Assembly (NCBI GenBank): GCA_030704615.1
Contig: CM060734.1
Span: 44,826,001 to 44,890,000 of the forward strand
Source: Takakia lepidozioides
Lineage: Eukaryota > Plantae > Bryophyta
Direction of reading: 5' to 3'
Length of the DNA stretch: 64,000 nt
Below are positions 1 to 12,903 of this stretch, piece by piece; the stretch's first letter is position 1; every line of letters begins with the position of its first letter. The notes beneath the pieces are model-generated. The model was not told where the DNA came from. It did no database searches and saw nothing but the letters and a program-made list of their open reading frames with translations. The position numbers were made by a program, and so were the translations under genes.

Positions 1-99
1 GTGGCAGGGTGCCCAAAGGGGTGCAGAATCTTATTCTTCGGATTTCATAGACTTGACTACCGGCAAAGATGAGGCACTGGGAATAGAGGTTTTTGAGCA

Positions 100-1450
100 T
101 GATAGAGCTCTTAGATCTACAGATCCAGGAAATTTGGCAGGAGAGAATTTCCAGCAATGTCCAGTCTGCAATGATTTGGTTCCGGAAAATGTATACTCTC
201 TTCCCGCCTTCCCCACCCTTTTAGTCATGAGTGTCAGAGAAAGATTTAGTGTAGTGTTTCTCTGTGTGAACTGCTGTGAAAGGAGTCATAACACAAGATT
301 AAGAGTATGCATGCATCCATGACTTCAAAAACAAAAGCATATATGCCTGAAGCTCAGATATGACTGACTTGACATAGATGTGGAGTTCCAGTTTTTGGAA
401 GCCCAGTTATTGAGGCTGCAGCCCCTGCTCCCCTAAGGAGCAGTCCAGTTTCATTACATATTGACAATCTGCTTGTTGAGCTGATCTGACAAGTGAGTTT
501 TCTGCAGAGTTTACAGGAGCATGTGGAATCTGAGCTGGATGGCCTGGTACCCTTCTGTCCCACCTGTTGCCCCATTTCAGTGCTAGAAGCACTTGATCCA
601 CTTGTGTAGAAGTGTTGTTTTCTCTTCTAGGTAGGTATTGGAATTGGAGGGAGGATGCAGTCAGACAGTTCTAAGCTTAGATGTCTCAAGTATTGACAAG
701 CCTTCAATCTTGAAAGTTTTGTATTTTTTTGAGAATGATTCAGACCTGGTAGATCTCTACACTCACTATACCAACAATAGGCTTTCTCCCACATTATTTA
801 CGCTAATTCCGGTTGGCGTCATCTGTCTCCGTAGGTAGATTTAGTCATATTCCTGACACACTCCAGGGTTTCCACAGCCATTTTAGTCTTATTCCATATA
901 CTTCCATGCTCTGATTGAAGGTGTGCCAATCAGGGAAGAGGTTCTGCCTGGAGGATACTAATCTAGCTTGTTTGAGTTTGTCACATTGTAACGGGTTTGT
1001 TACATGGGTCTTGACAGCCCCCATCCTGGTGCTCATGTTTTTTTCAATATCCTTCAACTTATATTATGCAGAGTCTAGTGGACAGCAATACAGCAGATGA
1101 GTTAGCTGCAAGGCCAAGATGGGCACCCTGTGGCTCAATCGAGAAGAATCATGATGGACGAGGTTGGGATTGGCAGCACAGACAGCTACCTCAAAGAAAC
1201 ACTAAAGCAGGTAACTAGAAATTAGCGACTAGAAGTTAGCCAGCTCTTTATTGCCAGTTTGACATTTTCCATTCTGGATTCATTGATGCAGGTTTGATAT
1301 GCTGGTGCCTTTTGCAGAAGTTCCGTTGCAATCTCACGGGGTCAAAAACAGGTCCAGATGTGCCTCTCAAAGTTTGCTGGTGCTGGGGGATGACCTGAAG
1401 CCACGGACACGACCGAAGAAGACTCCAAGACCAAGTGCTGTCTTCAATCA
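100..1450 (-). mobile_element. Highly degenerate LINE ORF1-like remnant
   Basis: Broken minus-strand frames ending in a zinc-knuckle-like segment (EYTF...LQTGHCWKF, ~150-200). Many stops and frameshifts; assignment is by motif resemblance only. Confidence 0.3.
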
Positions 1451-2891
1451 TTGTATGTGTCTATGCTCCGTCTTGAAACTTACACTAGTTGACTTGTTAT
1501 ATGTTCTATGCTGGTACATTGCTTTACTCAGCTCCTCTGAAGGCCAGTTTGGAGGATTATGAAGAACATCAACGATCTCTTACTAACTGCGCTAGGAATT
1601 TTTGGTCCAACCTAACGTAAGTCGAGAAATCTAGTTTATGAACAATGGAGAGGGGAGGGCACGGGGTTGTGCAGATGCTGATGGGGGAGGCTGGTGGGAC
1701 GAGGGGACCGTGGGTGTCGACAGTGAAGCTGTGGGCTGTGCTGGTGTCTGGGAGGGCTTAGGTTCCATGAGTTTTGGTCCTTCAATTTGAAGAGCCATCT
1801 TGTTGGAGTTTGTTTTGCACCCTATTCTATGACATGAACAGTAAAGCAACATCAGCAAGAAGATTATTGACCTCCACCGCTCACGGAGGGCCATAAGCTC
1901 AAGTGATGTACCCCCAATGTGGTTTTCGGCTTCGGAGTCCATTGTCTACTTCCCACAAATATGGCCGTACCAGACAAAATATTGGGAAACCCTCCCTACA
2001 TTTATGTCTCTTCAGCGAGCCTTATGGAGTTTTAAGCCAGTCAATTCGATTGATCCTGTAATCGAGTTTAGAGTGGACTTGGGATTTGGCATTCTGCGGA
2101 CGAAACCCCACAATCCGGTGTTTTCCCCTAAAGAGTATATGCATGCTCTTATGCTCTTTCGTAGATCTTGGGCACACAATGGATTAGGATAGATATTAGA
2201 GTTAAATGCTCTTTCCCGATCTACCGACAGATGCTTCTACCTGGGAATTTATGGCGGCTTGACCTGCATATCCTCTTGTCTGGAACAATTATGTACAGGT
2301 CACAGAAAGCTCTTGATGAGAGGCAAACTGTTACAAGCTACATCATTCTCTTTCCTTCCACAGACTGAGCTACCTAATTTGTTATTGCAAATGCCTGAAA
2401 ATGATGATATGATGTAAATGAGTAGGTCAGTTAAAAACAGTAAATATTGGTTTCCGATTAGTCTGATAAGATTCAAGTTCTCGATTATATATTCTTGGTT
2501 TTGGGCTGGACGGGGCATATCTCCAAATATGATCGACTGTACTAAACTGGTAGTAGATGATTCAATGAAATTTTTATATGATCAATTTCCATCCAAAAAA
2601 AAAATTAAAATAGAAAGGGGATGGAGGCCCTTTTAATCAAATTAATAAATAAAAGGAGTTACATCAGCTGAAAAAATAACCACTGTAGGGGCCATGAGGT
2701 TCATTGATGGGAGGACCCCCCCCCCCCCCCGGGAAACCCTAGCAAACTAGTTAACAAAGCAGAAACGAAGGATAGAGGGATTTAGAGGGAGGTGTGTGAG
2801 ATGATTTTGGAGAGGGAGATGGAGTCGAGAAGTAGGTAGGCTTTCTGTGATAGTGTAGCAAGGAGGGGGGTTTGTGTCCTGAAAATCTATT

Positions 2892-5800
2892 CACTCTCTT
2901 GAGGGATTCAGACTTGAATTGTTGCTCACCATCCTTCAGGAGTGCAAGGAATTTGAGAAGTTCCCATATCTAAAAGTCCTATCGTAAATCAGCCACACTA
3001 TTCACGTCGTTTGGCACTCTTTTGCTGACATATGTTCTGTGAAAAAATCGGTCTAACAATGTCAGGTTTGTGGATTCCATGAGTTCGAACACACAGATGT
3101 CACCTTCTGTGAATTTGTGAGTTCTGCAGAATTCTGATCCTGGCATCATTTTGTTAATTCCATGTGGGTCTCATTCTCCCGGAGCCATACCATACCCCAA
3201 TCGACGGCCAACTGGATCTATCAAATGCATTGGTGTAGTCTTTGGTGGCATAATGTTTTTTTCCAAATTTGATTTAAGACCTCTGATCCAAGATTGGATT
3301 TTTTCCTCGACAGATTGGTGGCACTATCCTCCAAGTACTGCTTTTGGACATTGTTGGTGCATCATTCCTTGCTTGCCTCAAGTGGTTGTTGCGCTACAGG
3401 ATTCCTCTGTTCGTCAGGTTCAGGCAACTTGGCGCTCTCTTGACCAATAGCTTGCACTTCACTAACACTCTTGAGGGATTCAGACTTGAATTGTTGCTCA
3501 CCATCCTTCAGAAGTGCAAGGAATTTGGGAAGTTCCCGTATCTAGAAGTCATGTCGCAAATCAGCCACACTATTCACGTCGTCTGGCACTCTTTTGCTGA
3601 CATATGCTCTGTGAAAAATTTGGGCTAGCAGTGTCAGGTTTGTGGATTCCATGAGTTAGAACACACAGATGTCACCTTCTGTGAATTTGTGTGTTTGTAG
3701 AATTCTGATCCTAACATCCTTTTGTTAATCCCATGTGGGTCTCATTCTCTCGGAGCCATACCATTGGCCATCGACGCCCAGCTGGATCTATCAATTGCAT
3801 TGGTGTAGTCTTTGGTGGCATAATGTTTTTTTTCCAAATTGGATTTAAGACCTCTGATCCAGGATTGGATTTTTTCCTCGACAGATTGGTGGCACTATCC
3901 TCCAGGAACTGCTTGTGGACATTGTTGGTGCATCATTCATTACTTGCCTCAGGTGGTTGTTGCACTGCAGGATTCCTCTGTTCGTCAGGTTCAGGCAACT
4001 TGGCGCTCTTTTGACCAATACACTCCACTTCAGTAACACTCTTGAGGGATTCAGGCTTGAATTGTTGCTCACCATCCTTCAGGAGTGCAAGGAATTTGGG
4101 AAGTTCCCGTATCTAGAAGTCATGTCGCAAATCAGCCACACTATTCACGTCGTCTGGCACTCTTTTGCTGACATATGCTCTGTGAAAATTCGGGCTAGCA
4201 CTGTCAAGTTTGTGGATTCCATGAGTTCGAAGAAACAGATGCATTGTAACACCGCACACCAAAACTCTCAAATACTCAAATGCAGAGTGATCAGCCACCC
4301 CAGCCCAAGATTTTGAACACTGAAGTACTGGAGTACGAATGACCAATGCTACGTAGTCGTAGTGAATGCCTAACATAATTATGCTTATTAATTATGTGCA
4401 TTCATGATAACCTGGTCTGGGGGATGAGACACCAGCAAACTTGCAAAGCCTCCATAAAGCGATGTGATGCGAGCTGAGCTTTTACATTTGGTCAGGTAGT
4501 ATTTTCTGCAGTATTTGTTAGCATCTCATATGTATTCTCGATCTGCACACGAAAACAATGAGCAAAATAACCTCTAGAAGTTCAGATGGTGTCTGAATGT
4601 GTCCGTTAAATGGGATATACATGCACAGTATACATATGAAATACAAGCAAAGCAAAGGGGAACGTGGCCAGAAGGAGGGCGGTGGGCAGGCAGGGCCTGA
4701 CAATGTTTCGCAATCCAGTCCAGCTGCGAGACAGGTACTCATTTGTCCCATTCAATAAGAGCCCGGGACGTTCAACAGTTCAAAATTTTGAGCTTGGAAC
4801 TTTAACTGTACCATATTTGTCTGGATGTGTGTTATGGGGGTGTGTTATAGAAATGGTGAATCATATCAACCAGGACTTTTCGTGAGGTATATATACTTAA
4901 ACATAGTACATATATTAAAGAAAAATAGTATTGACAACGAATTCCAAAGGGATGTGTTTTCACAAATCCGTGGGGAATCAATGTAATTTGTACAATTAAT
5001 AGATGTCATATATATGAACACATACTCAGTGATCTGTCCAAGGGTTTAACAAAACTGTCAACTGATTCAGCAGTAGTGGTCAACCAGATAATCAACTTCT
5101 GTGAATTTGTGTGTTCTGCAGAGTTCTGATCCCATCCTTTTGTGAATCCCATGTGGGTCATATTCTCCTGGAGCCATACCATTGGTCACTGACGCCCAGC
5201 TTGATCTATCAATTGCATTGATATAGTCTTTGGTGGCATAATGTTTTTCTTCCAAATTTGATTTAAGACCTCTGATCCATGATTGGATTTTTACCTCGAT
5301 AGATTGGTGGTCCTCCAAGAACATCTGCTTTTCGACATTGTTGGTGCATCATTCCTTGCTTGCCTCAGGTGGTTGTTGCGCTGCAGGATGCCTCTATTCG
5401 TCAGGTTTACGCAACTTGGCGCTCTCTTGACCCATAGCCTGCACTTCACTAACACTCTTGAGGGATTCATACTTGAATTGTTGCTCACCATCCTTCAGGA
5501 GTGCAAGGAATTTTGGAAGTTCCCATATCTAGAAGTCTTCTGACAAAATTTTCCACACTATTCACGTCGTCTGGCACTCTTTTGCTAACATATGCTCTGT
5601 GAAAAATGTGGGCTAACAGTGTCAGGTTTGTGGATTTCATGAGTTCGAACACACATATGTCACCTTCTGTAATTTGTGTGTTCTGCAGAGTTATGATCCT
5701 GGCATCCTTTTGTTAATCCCATGTGGGTCTCATTCTCCCGGAGCCATAACATTGCCCATCGACGCCCAGCTGGATCTATCAAATGCATTGGTGTAGTCTT

Positions 5801-6917
5801 TGGTGGCATAATGTTTTTCTTCCAAATTTGATTAAAGACTTTTTCCTTGACAAATTGGTGGCACTAATCTCCAAGGACTATATTGTTGGTGCATCGTTCC
5901 TTGCTTGGGCCTCAGGTGGTCATTGTGTTGCAGAATTCCTCTGTTCGTCAGGTTCAAGCAACTTGGCGCTCTCTTGACCAATAGCCTGCACTTCACTAAC
6001 ACTCTTGAGGGATTCAGACTTGAATTGTTGCTCACCATCCTTCAGGAGTGCAAGGAATTTGAGAAGTTCCCATATCTAAAAGTCCTGTCGCAAATCAGCC
6101 ACACTATTTACGTCGTCTAGCACTCTTTTGCTGACATATGCTCTGTGAAAAATTTGGGCTAGCAGTGTCAGGTTTGTGGATTCCATGAGTTAGAACACAC
6201 AGATGTCACCTTCTGTGAATTTGTGTGTTTGTAGAGTTCTGATCCTGGCATCCTTTTGTTAATCCCATGTGGGTCTCATTCTCCCGGAGCCATACCATTG
6301 GCCATTGACGCCCAGCTGGATCTATCAATTGCATTGGTGTAGTCTTTGGTGGCATAATGTTTTTTTTCCAAATTGGATTTAAGACCTCTGATCCAGGATT
6401 GGATTTTTTCCTCGACAGATTGGTGGCACTATCCTCCAGGAACTGCTTGTGGACATTGTTGGTGCATCATTCATTACTTGCCTCAGGTGGTTGTTGCACT
6501 GCAGGATTCCTCTGTTCGTCAGGTTCAGGCAGCTTGGCGCTCTTTTGACCAATACACTCCACTTCAGTAACACTCTTGAGGGATTCAGGCTTGAATTGTT
6601 ATTCACCATCCTTCAGGAGTGCAAGGAATTTGGGAAGCTCCCGTATGTAGAAGTCTTGTCGCAAATCAGCCACACTATTCACGTCATCTGGCACGCTTTT
6701 GTCAGATTTGTGGTTTCCATGAGTTTGCACACACAGATGTCACCTTCTGTAAATTTCCGTGTTCTGCAGAGTTCTGACCCCATCCTTTTGTTAATCCCAT
6801 GTGGGTCTCATTCTCCCGGAGCCATACCATTGGCCATCGACGCCCAGCGTGATCTATCAATTGCATTGGTGTAGTCTTTGGTGGCATAATTGTTTTTTCC
6901 AAATTTGATTTAAAACC
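2892..6917 (-). repeat. Tandem array (~6 units, ~571 bp) of a frameshifted B3 DNA-binding-domain coding segment (REM-like pseudogene array)
   Basis: The motif cactcttgagggattc recurs at ~2892, 3466, 4037, 5453, 6000 and 6571 (periods 571/547/571). The minus strand of each unit reads PPKTTPMQLIDPAGRRWPMVWLRENETHMGLTKGW//SEFCRTHKFTEGDICVFELMESTNLTLLAQIFHRA, which matches the B3 pattern TLxDxxGRxWxV...LxxGWxxF...EGDxCVFEL. Confidence 0.85.
4242..5085. mobile_element. ~845-bp insertion interrupting unit 3 of the B3 array (possible solo-LTR or other TE fragment)
   Basis: Array homology stops after ...aacagatg (4241) and resumes at cagat..caacttctgtgaatttg (~5085). The insert begins near TGTAACACC (4245), an LTR-like start, and cagat is seen at both junctions. 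Confidence 0.5.
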
Positions 6918-6959
6918 TACGCGGAACTAGGTGAATGTCCTTTGGATGGCCATGGCAGT

Positions 6960-7259
6960 AGGCGATTCATGGACAACATTCTGGAACTGAAAAGTTGAAG
7001 TCAATATGATTTCATTCAAGCGAGTGTCTTCCCTGGTCAAGGCTCCTCAAAGGTGTACTTGTTCAACATGTCAACTATGGGCGAGGGCAGTGGTGTCAAT
7101 ATTGTTTGGCGTATGCAACCTGGAGGAGATTTGAAAAAGTCCTGGATTATGTTTGATCACTGCAAACGAGTAAATGGTTGGATAATTATGGCGTGCCATG
7201 TTTACGATCCCGTATACCGACGTGTCTGCGTGTCCATAACAATTTGTGATATGCTGTAA
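6960..7259 (+). mobile_element. DNA-transposase fragment (MULE-like; class assignment tentative)
   Basis: Reads FIQASVFPGQGSSKVYLFNMSTMGEGSGVNIVWRMQPGGDLKKSWIMFDHCKRVNGWIIMACHVYDPVY..CDM. This resembles recalled repetitive transposase-like proteins; it has an internal stop and is truncated. Confidence 0.45.
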
Positions 7260-7405
7260 AAGGAAAACTGGTGACGGGAAACACACATGGATTTCGCGAA
7301 TCATTCATAGTGTGAGAGAGAGATGGGAAGATTTAAGGAATTGGGCGAATGAACGGATGACCACTAAGGAGAATGAGCGTGGATGAAGAAGTGTGGACAC
7401 GGATG

Positions 7406-7930
7406 CACTACAAGATATGAGCGTTTTTAGGACTACGGCTTTGGCGGAGTCATAAAAATTGTACTAGGTAGATGACTACAGAGCGCTGAAATGCGTTGCA
7501 GTCATAGTTTTATCACTACATGACTCCAGAAAGTTAGGGAGCTTTGGTCAAACATTGTTGACCACGATGACATGGATGGTTTATATGACTAGTGTGATAT
7601 GTTTGACTACACGTGGACGACGTTTCATGGAATGTTATGACTCCATGATTGGAGATGGTTTCATAGCTCTAATTATACGACTACATCGCTACACGTGTCA
7701 TTTCGAAGGCAAATACACGAATGTATTCATCCATTGGACGAGTTCATCCACAGCATGACATGGCATATAAACTTATGACTGTCTAACTGCAGATTGATTC
7801 ATGACTCTATATATATGACTACATCACTACACATGGCATTTTAAAGACATTTACATGACTTTATTAGTACACGTGTCATTTTGAAGACATATACATGAAT
7901 GGATCCATCCATTGGCTGAGCTCATCCATC
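7406..7930 (+). mobile_element. CACTA (En/Spm) terminus plus subterminal repeats; partner end not found
   Basis: CACTACAAGAtatgagcgtttttaggactac at 7406. About 500 bp is clearly homologous to 16372-16870, with many ATGACT/GACTAC subterminal motifs. Confidence 0.85.
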
Positions 7931-8079
7931 CATGTTTGCCGAAATCCTATCAGCTTAGTACATGTGTTAGTTTCCTATTGGTTTGATATAGCTCAAGCAT
8001 TTTGTAGTTGCCGTAGAGCACTAAGTCGCATTCTTCATTGAGTCTGTAAAGTGAGAGTCTGCAGAGGATGCCGTTTGGA

Positions 8080-8310
8080 ATGTGGAGTTTGCAGAGAGGG
8101 AATGTGCGACAGTATGGCTGAACGACGGGTCGTGTCTTCAAATGCGATGATTGCAAGATAGCATGGTGATCATATCACAGGCGAGAATTGCATCTACTTG
8201 AAGAAATTCGGAATGCTACCTTCATGGACATGTATGGAAGCATCGACGATGCGAATTCAAAGGGAGAGTTCGATAGGATGGACAAAGGTTATCTGGTGTC
8301 AAATTGGTAA
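8080..8310 (+). pseudogene. PLS-type PPR gene fragment
   Basis: Degenerate DSMAERRVVSSNAMIAR and MYGSIDDA...FDRMDK..LVS motifs, with stops. Confidence 0.6.
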
Positions 8311-8529
8311 GTTATAATCGAAACGTTTAAATATCTGTTGCCAAGTCTACATCTCTTCCATTAGCAGTTATAACCAATCACCATCATGAAGCTACAGACC
8401 CGATGAAATCCCAATCGGAACCTGCATCTTCCTCCCCTTTTTTGTCCTTATTTCGCTGTCAATCCCTTCATTCTATGTGGAAGGTTCCAAATGGAACTTC
8501 ACATTTCCCCTCATGATCTTGATTTTGGG

Positions 8530-9244
8530 AATTCTTTTCGAATGCAATGTTGTTAGGATATGGGTAGCATTGTCGTCATCACAGGTTGGCCGGTCAAATA
8601 ATGGAAGATATTACAAAGGAAAGGTTGAAGCTGGCCGTCAGTATATGTGTTCTCTCTGCGAATTGCCAAACTAGCTTCATCAAGAATGTGCAGGGTCGCA
8701 ATGTCCTCACTAACTTTTAGGTTACTCTCATTTTAAGTGGGTGCAGTGCTGCTTCTAGTATGGGGCTCTTATCACTCGGTACATCATAGCAAAATTGAAG
8801 TGCTTATTCTCAGGTAAAAATCTGTCTTTTGGCACTCTAAAGTGAGTTTTTTTTGTTGTCAGGGTTAAAGGCCGTGTTGTAAATTGACTTGGGATTGGTG
8901 CTGGGAATAAATTTCACCACAGACAAGTTGATGGAGGCTGATGCGGAAATGGTAGAGTCTGATAGAGTCACATGTGGATGTGAAAACAACAGACAATTAC
9001 ATGTTGCGGATTTTCTGCATTGGCTTCACAAAGAAGCGACCCAACCACATTAAGCGCACTTGCTACGCACAATTTCAAAAATGTTAGACAATTTCTAGGG
9101 CTCTTCGACAATGAGATACAATTCTTAGAAGTTGAATGGCAGTCTCTGAAAGAAATAGAACCTCAAGTACACCAGCCAATAGTTTTTGGGGATAATGAAG
9201 GCATTTCAGGTCTCTGATGTCCATTTATGAGGTTCATATGTGAG

Positions 9245-9294
<50 letters not shown>

Positions 9295-9860
9295 TTCCAT
9301 AGAACATGACGGTTGCAATGATGGTTGATTGTCAGGAACACTGCAAAACATTGTATGCAGCCAGTATTTCCATGCAGGTCCTTCACCAGTTTTGCGAAAT
9401 GTAGCCTGATGTAAGTAGTGTTACCATGTCTCGGCTTGCTTCGGTGGAAGATGAGGGAGATCATTGTGCATGAAGCTCAAACTTGTGATTTGAAGGTTCT
9501 TGTAGCCAAGTTCTTTCCAGAGGTGATTGGAAAAGACATCGAGAAGACATCAGCCAGTATGTATCCTATACAGAACATCTTCATCCACAAAGTAAATACT
9601 GTGAAAGCTCCCAGAGTTGATGTGGGCAAGCTTATGGAGGTAGAACTCGCTTCCCTCCTCTAATTTAAGTGATGGATAAGTTTTAGTTTAGTGTCGACGT
9701 TCATTGCATACATTGGCTGTTTTATTGGTTGGTATCTTGTTGCTTGGCTGCTTTCATGGGGATCACATACAGTGAGGAGGTGGGAGCAAAGATAGAGTGA
9801 CATGTTGGTGAGTTGGAAGAGCTTGAAGGGGAGCATGTTGAGGTACCAGGGGCTTACATT
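8530..9860 (+). pseudogene. RPS3a: 40S ribosomal protein S3a (eS1) pseudogene, intron-retaining
   Basis: Pieces read NVQGRNVLTNF; [48 protein letters not shown]; [33 protein letters not shown]...[12 protein letters not shown]; HGD..SEEVGAKIE. Premature stops and frameshifts. Confidence 0.9.
9251..9290. repeat. (AG)20 microsatellite
   Basis: Direct read. Confidence 0.95.
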
Positions 9861-11350
9861 TCCCGTGTGTAGTGGAAGGGGAGGAGTACGAATGTAAGTT
9901 CTGCTGCAATAATTTTTGTTTTCCAGCCTACATGTTGGATATTAATTGAAGTGCTTTCAATGTTGCTGCAATACCATAATAAAGTGGAGGTTGCTGAATG
10001 CAGTTGGCCTTGCTTGGTGCGGACAGAATCCATTGCAATGTGGAGATGGCTGAAACACCATTATAGCATTTCCAGAGGATGGTGTGGATGGCCTTGTGTG
10101 GTGCATGCAGAGTCCGTGGCAATGTGGAGATGGCTGAATGGGCAAAGGAGGCAAGTGGCAAAGAAGCCACGTCACTGGTACATAGTTGTGTGCGACATAC
10201 TACATGAAACTGTACTATATGTCATTCCAGAGACTGTCATTGTTGGTCCATGTGTTTTACAACAATGCTATCAATATAAGACTTCTGGTTCGCATTGGAA
10301 GCTCAATCCCTGTAAGTTCATTGTGTGTGAAGCTCAAACTTGTGATTTGAAGGATCTTGTAGCCAAGTTCATTCAACCAGAAAAGAAAAATTCTGAAAGC
10401 TCCCAAATTTGATGTGGGCAAGCTTATGGAGGTAAAACTCAGCTTCCCTCCTCTAATGTAAGTGCTGGATAAGTTTCATTTAGTGTCGACCTTCACTGCA
10501 TATATTGGCTCTTTTCTTGGCTGGTTTCATATTTTCTTGGCTGGTATGCTGTTGGTTGGTTTATTTCATTTCACGTGTGTAGTGGAAGGGGAGAAGTACT
10601 TTCCTAAGTTCTGCTGCAACAATGTCTTTTTCCAGCCTAGATGTTCTCGATGGATACAAATTGAAGTGCTTTGAATGTTGCTGCAATACTATAATAAAGT
10701 GGAGGGTGTTGAATGCAGTTGGCCTTGCTTCGTGCAGGCATAATCCAGGGAAATGTGGACATAGCTGAAACCCCATGATAGCATTTCCAAAGGATGGTGT
10801 GGATGGCCTCACAATCCAGCATGCAAAATCCATGGCAATGTGAGATGGCTGAATGGGCAAACAGGTTAAGTGGCGAACATGCCACGTCACTGGTGCATAG
10901 TTGCGTGCTTACATAGTACATGAAAGTGTACTGTATGTCATTCCCAAAAATGACCATGTTGGTCCATGTATTTTACAACAATGCTATCAATAAAAGACCA
11001 ATGGTTCGCATTGAAAACTCAATCCCCGTAAGTGGCTTGTGCGTGATGCTCAAACTTGTGATTTGAAGGATCTTATACCCCAGTTCATTGCAAAAGTGAT
11101 TGGAAAAGACATTGAGAAGGCAACAACCGGTATCTATCCTCTACAGATCCCCTTCAATTTGATGTGGGAAAGTCGGCTGGAGGTCTAGTCTCACTTCCAC
11201 TCATCTAATGTCAGTGTTGTATCCATTGCAATGTGGAGATGTTTGAAACAACATTGGAGCATTTCCAGAGGATGGTCTGGATGGCCTTTCGTGGCGTGTG
11301 CCGAATCCATGGCAAGAAAACATTGCAGGCAGAACCCATGGCAATGGTAC
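9460..11350 (+). repeat. Degenerate tandem repeat (~0.7-0.86 kb, ~2.4 units) of an RPS3a exon piece plus a PPR E-motif piece
   Basis: gaagctcaaacttgtgatttgaagg (EAQTCDLK) occurs at ~9472, ~10329 and ~11046. VWMALCGACRVRGNVEMAEWA-type E-motif sequence occurs at ~10000-10150, ~10720-10860 and ~11220-11310. Confidence 0.8.
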
Positions 11351-11536
11351 TTGCACGGGTTGGTCCAAAGCCAATTGCAACAACAAATGAATAAAGGGTG
11401 CTGAAAGGAAAGCACTCCATAATTGATCATAAAATCCACTGTCCAAGCATGATATCTTAATGGGAATGCGAAGGGAGTGTTACCACCTCAAACTATCATG
11501 CATGGTCTATAACTGGAGTGCACAAATCTAGCACAT

Positions 11537-12450
11537 CTAATCTTCATCATCCTCATCTATGTCTGGGTCACTGCATGTATCACTATCTTCATCACAGACT
11601 TGATCTTGTCCAAGGGTTGGCTGAACATCATCAGCACGTATACGGGGTGCTCGAAGGTACAAGGAGGCCACCTGCTCTGGAGTAACCGGTACCGCTCGGC
11701 TGCATGTTGGGCCATCAGTAACCAGAGTCTCCTCTAGTGTTTGTGGGGCTAACCATCCTTCCACTTCCGCCACATCATTATTATCAATTGATATGTCGCA
11801 GACCACTCTACGTGCTCGGGGGCTCTTCTACATGACGACTTTCCACCCCGGCTCCTTCACACAATCAGAAAAAAACACTTGATCAACCTGGCCATGAAAC
11901 ACAAAAGGTTGCTCAGAAGGTGGAAGCATACGATTAAAATTGACCAGTGTGAAGCCAGCATCATCCTACTTCATTGACATAGGTTGACGACCCACACGAC
12001 CCGCCTGTACCCACGAACACAAAAACACTATAGGCTGTGTTTGGCCATAGTCAATTTGCAAAATCTCCCTTATAAGACCCACATATCTTGTAGGTTCCTC
12101 CGTGTCATTGCCTGAATTGTTGGTAATGGGCTGGTGCTGGAAAACAGATGAGACTCCACAATCAAAAGACACCATACTTGTTGTGTTCATGCCGGGGGAT
12201 GTAACCCTGTAATGGTTACCATACGCTGTCATACTCTTGAATGACAGGGCAATAAATGATGGAGGCCTTGAAAGATCCAGTAATTCCTCACGTGTTGTAG
12301 GATCAAGCCCATCTGATTGAATTGAGAGATGATCCCGTACACCTTGAGGGAGCCAAACAGCAAATGGAGGACATAGATGCAAATCAGGAGGGTACTGAAT
12401 TGCCGTGGGATTGCTCATGCCTTCCAGCCCTTGTTCCTCACGAAACAAGC
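11537..12450 (-). mobile_element. CACTA transposase (Tnp2/DUF4216-type) C-terminal remnant
   Basis: Reads RYVGLIREILQIDYGQTQPIVFLCSWV...DDAGFTLVNFNRMLPPSEQPFVFHGQVDQVFFSD..EPGWKVV, with in-frame stops. Confidence 0.8.
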
Positions 12451-12903
12451 GTCGTCTGGCTTCTATCCGTGTGGACTCTGCTTCATATATCCTGTCATAA
12501 TCCGAGGGTCAGCTAGGAGATTGACAGAGGTGGCGTGGGAGATATGAAAAGACACCATATGCCAACTAATGAGAAATGACTAAAACTTGGAAATCTGAAT
12601 GTCAATGAAGTAGATTTCTTACCCCAACATGACTGACAGACGAGGATGGTTCTGAATGATGTACTCATGTACAATATCACGCAGGCACCATTCATCTGTG
12701 CACTGCATCACACTCAGCAATGCAAATATGCGACCTTCACAAAAATGGATGTTGTACTTCATGTGCACTTGAAACAAAAAACTAAACTAAAGCGGGACAA
12801 AATAACATTGTGCCCCTTGCATCATTCCACCTCTGGCGAAGAGACATGGACATTGTACCTCAATCCAGAGGCACTGTACGAGGAACATTCATGAGCCTGT
12901 TTT

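Noticed and set aside
1631-2640. Possible LINE ORF2 C-terminal/zf-RVT remnant
   Set aside because: Weak motif hints on both strands conflict, so strand and class could not be supported.
2892-6917. Plus-strand ORFs in the array (DIVGASF...; LIQDWIFSS...) or a CRISPR-like array
   Set aside because: They are antisense shadows of the B3 frame. The units are long, contiguous and have no unique spacers.
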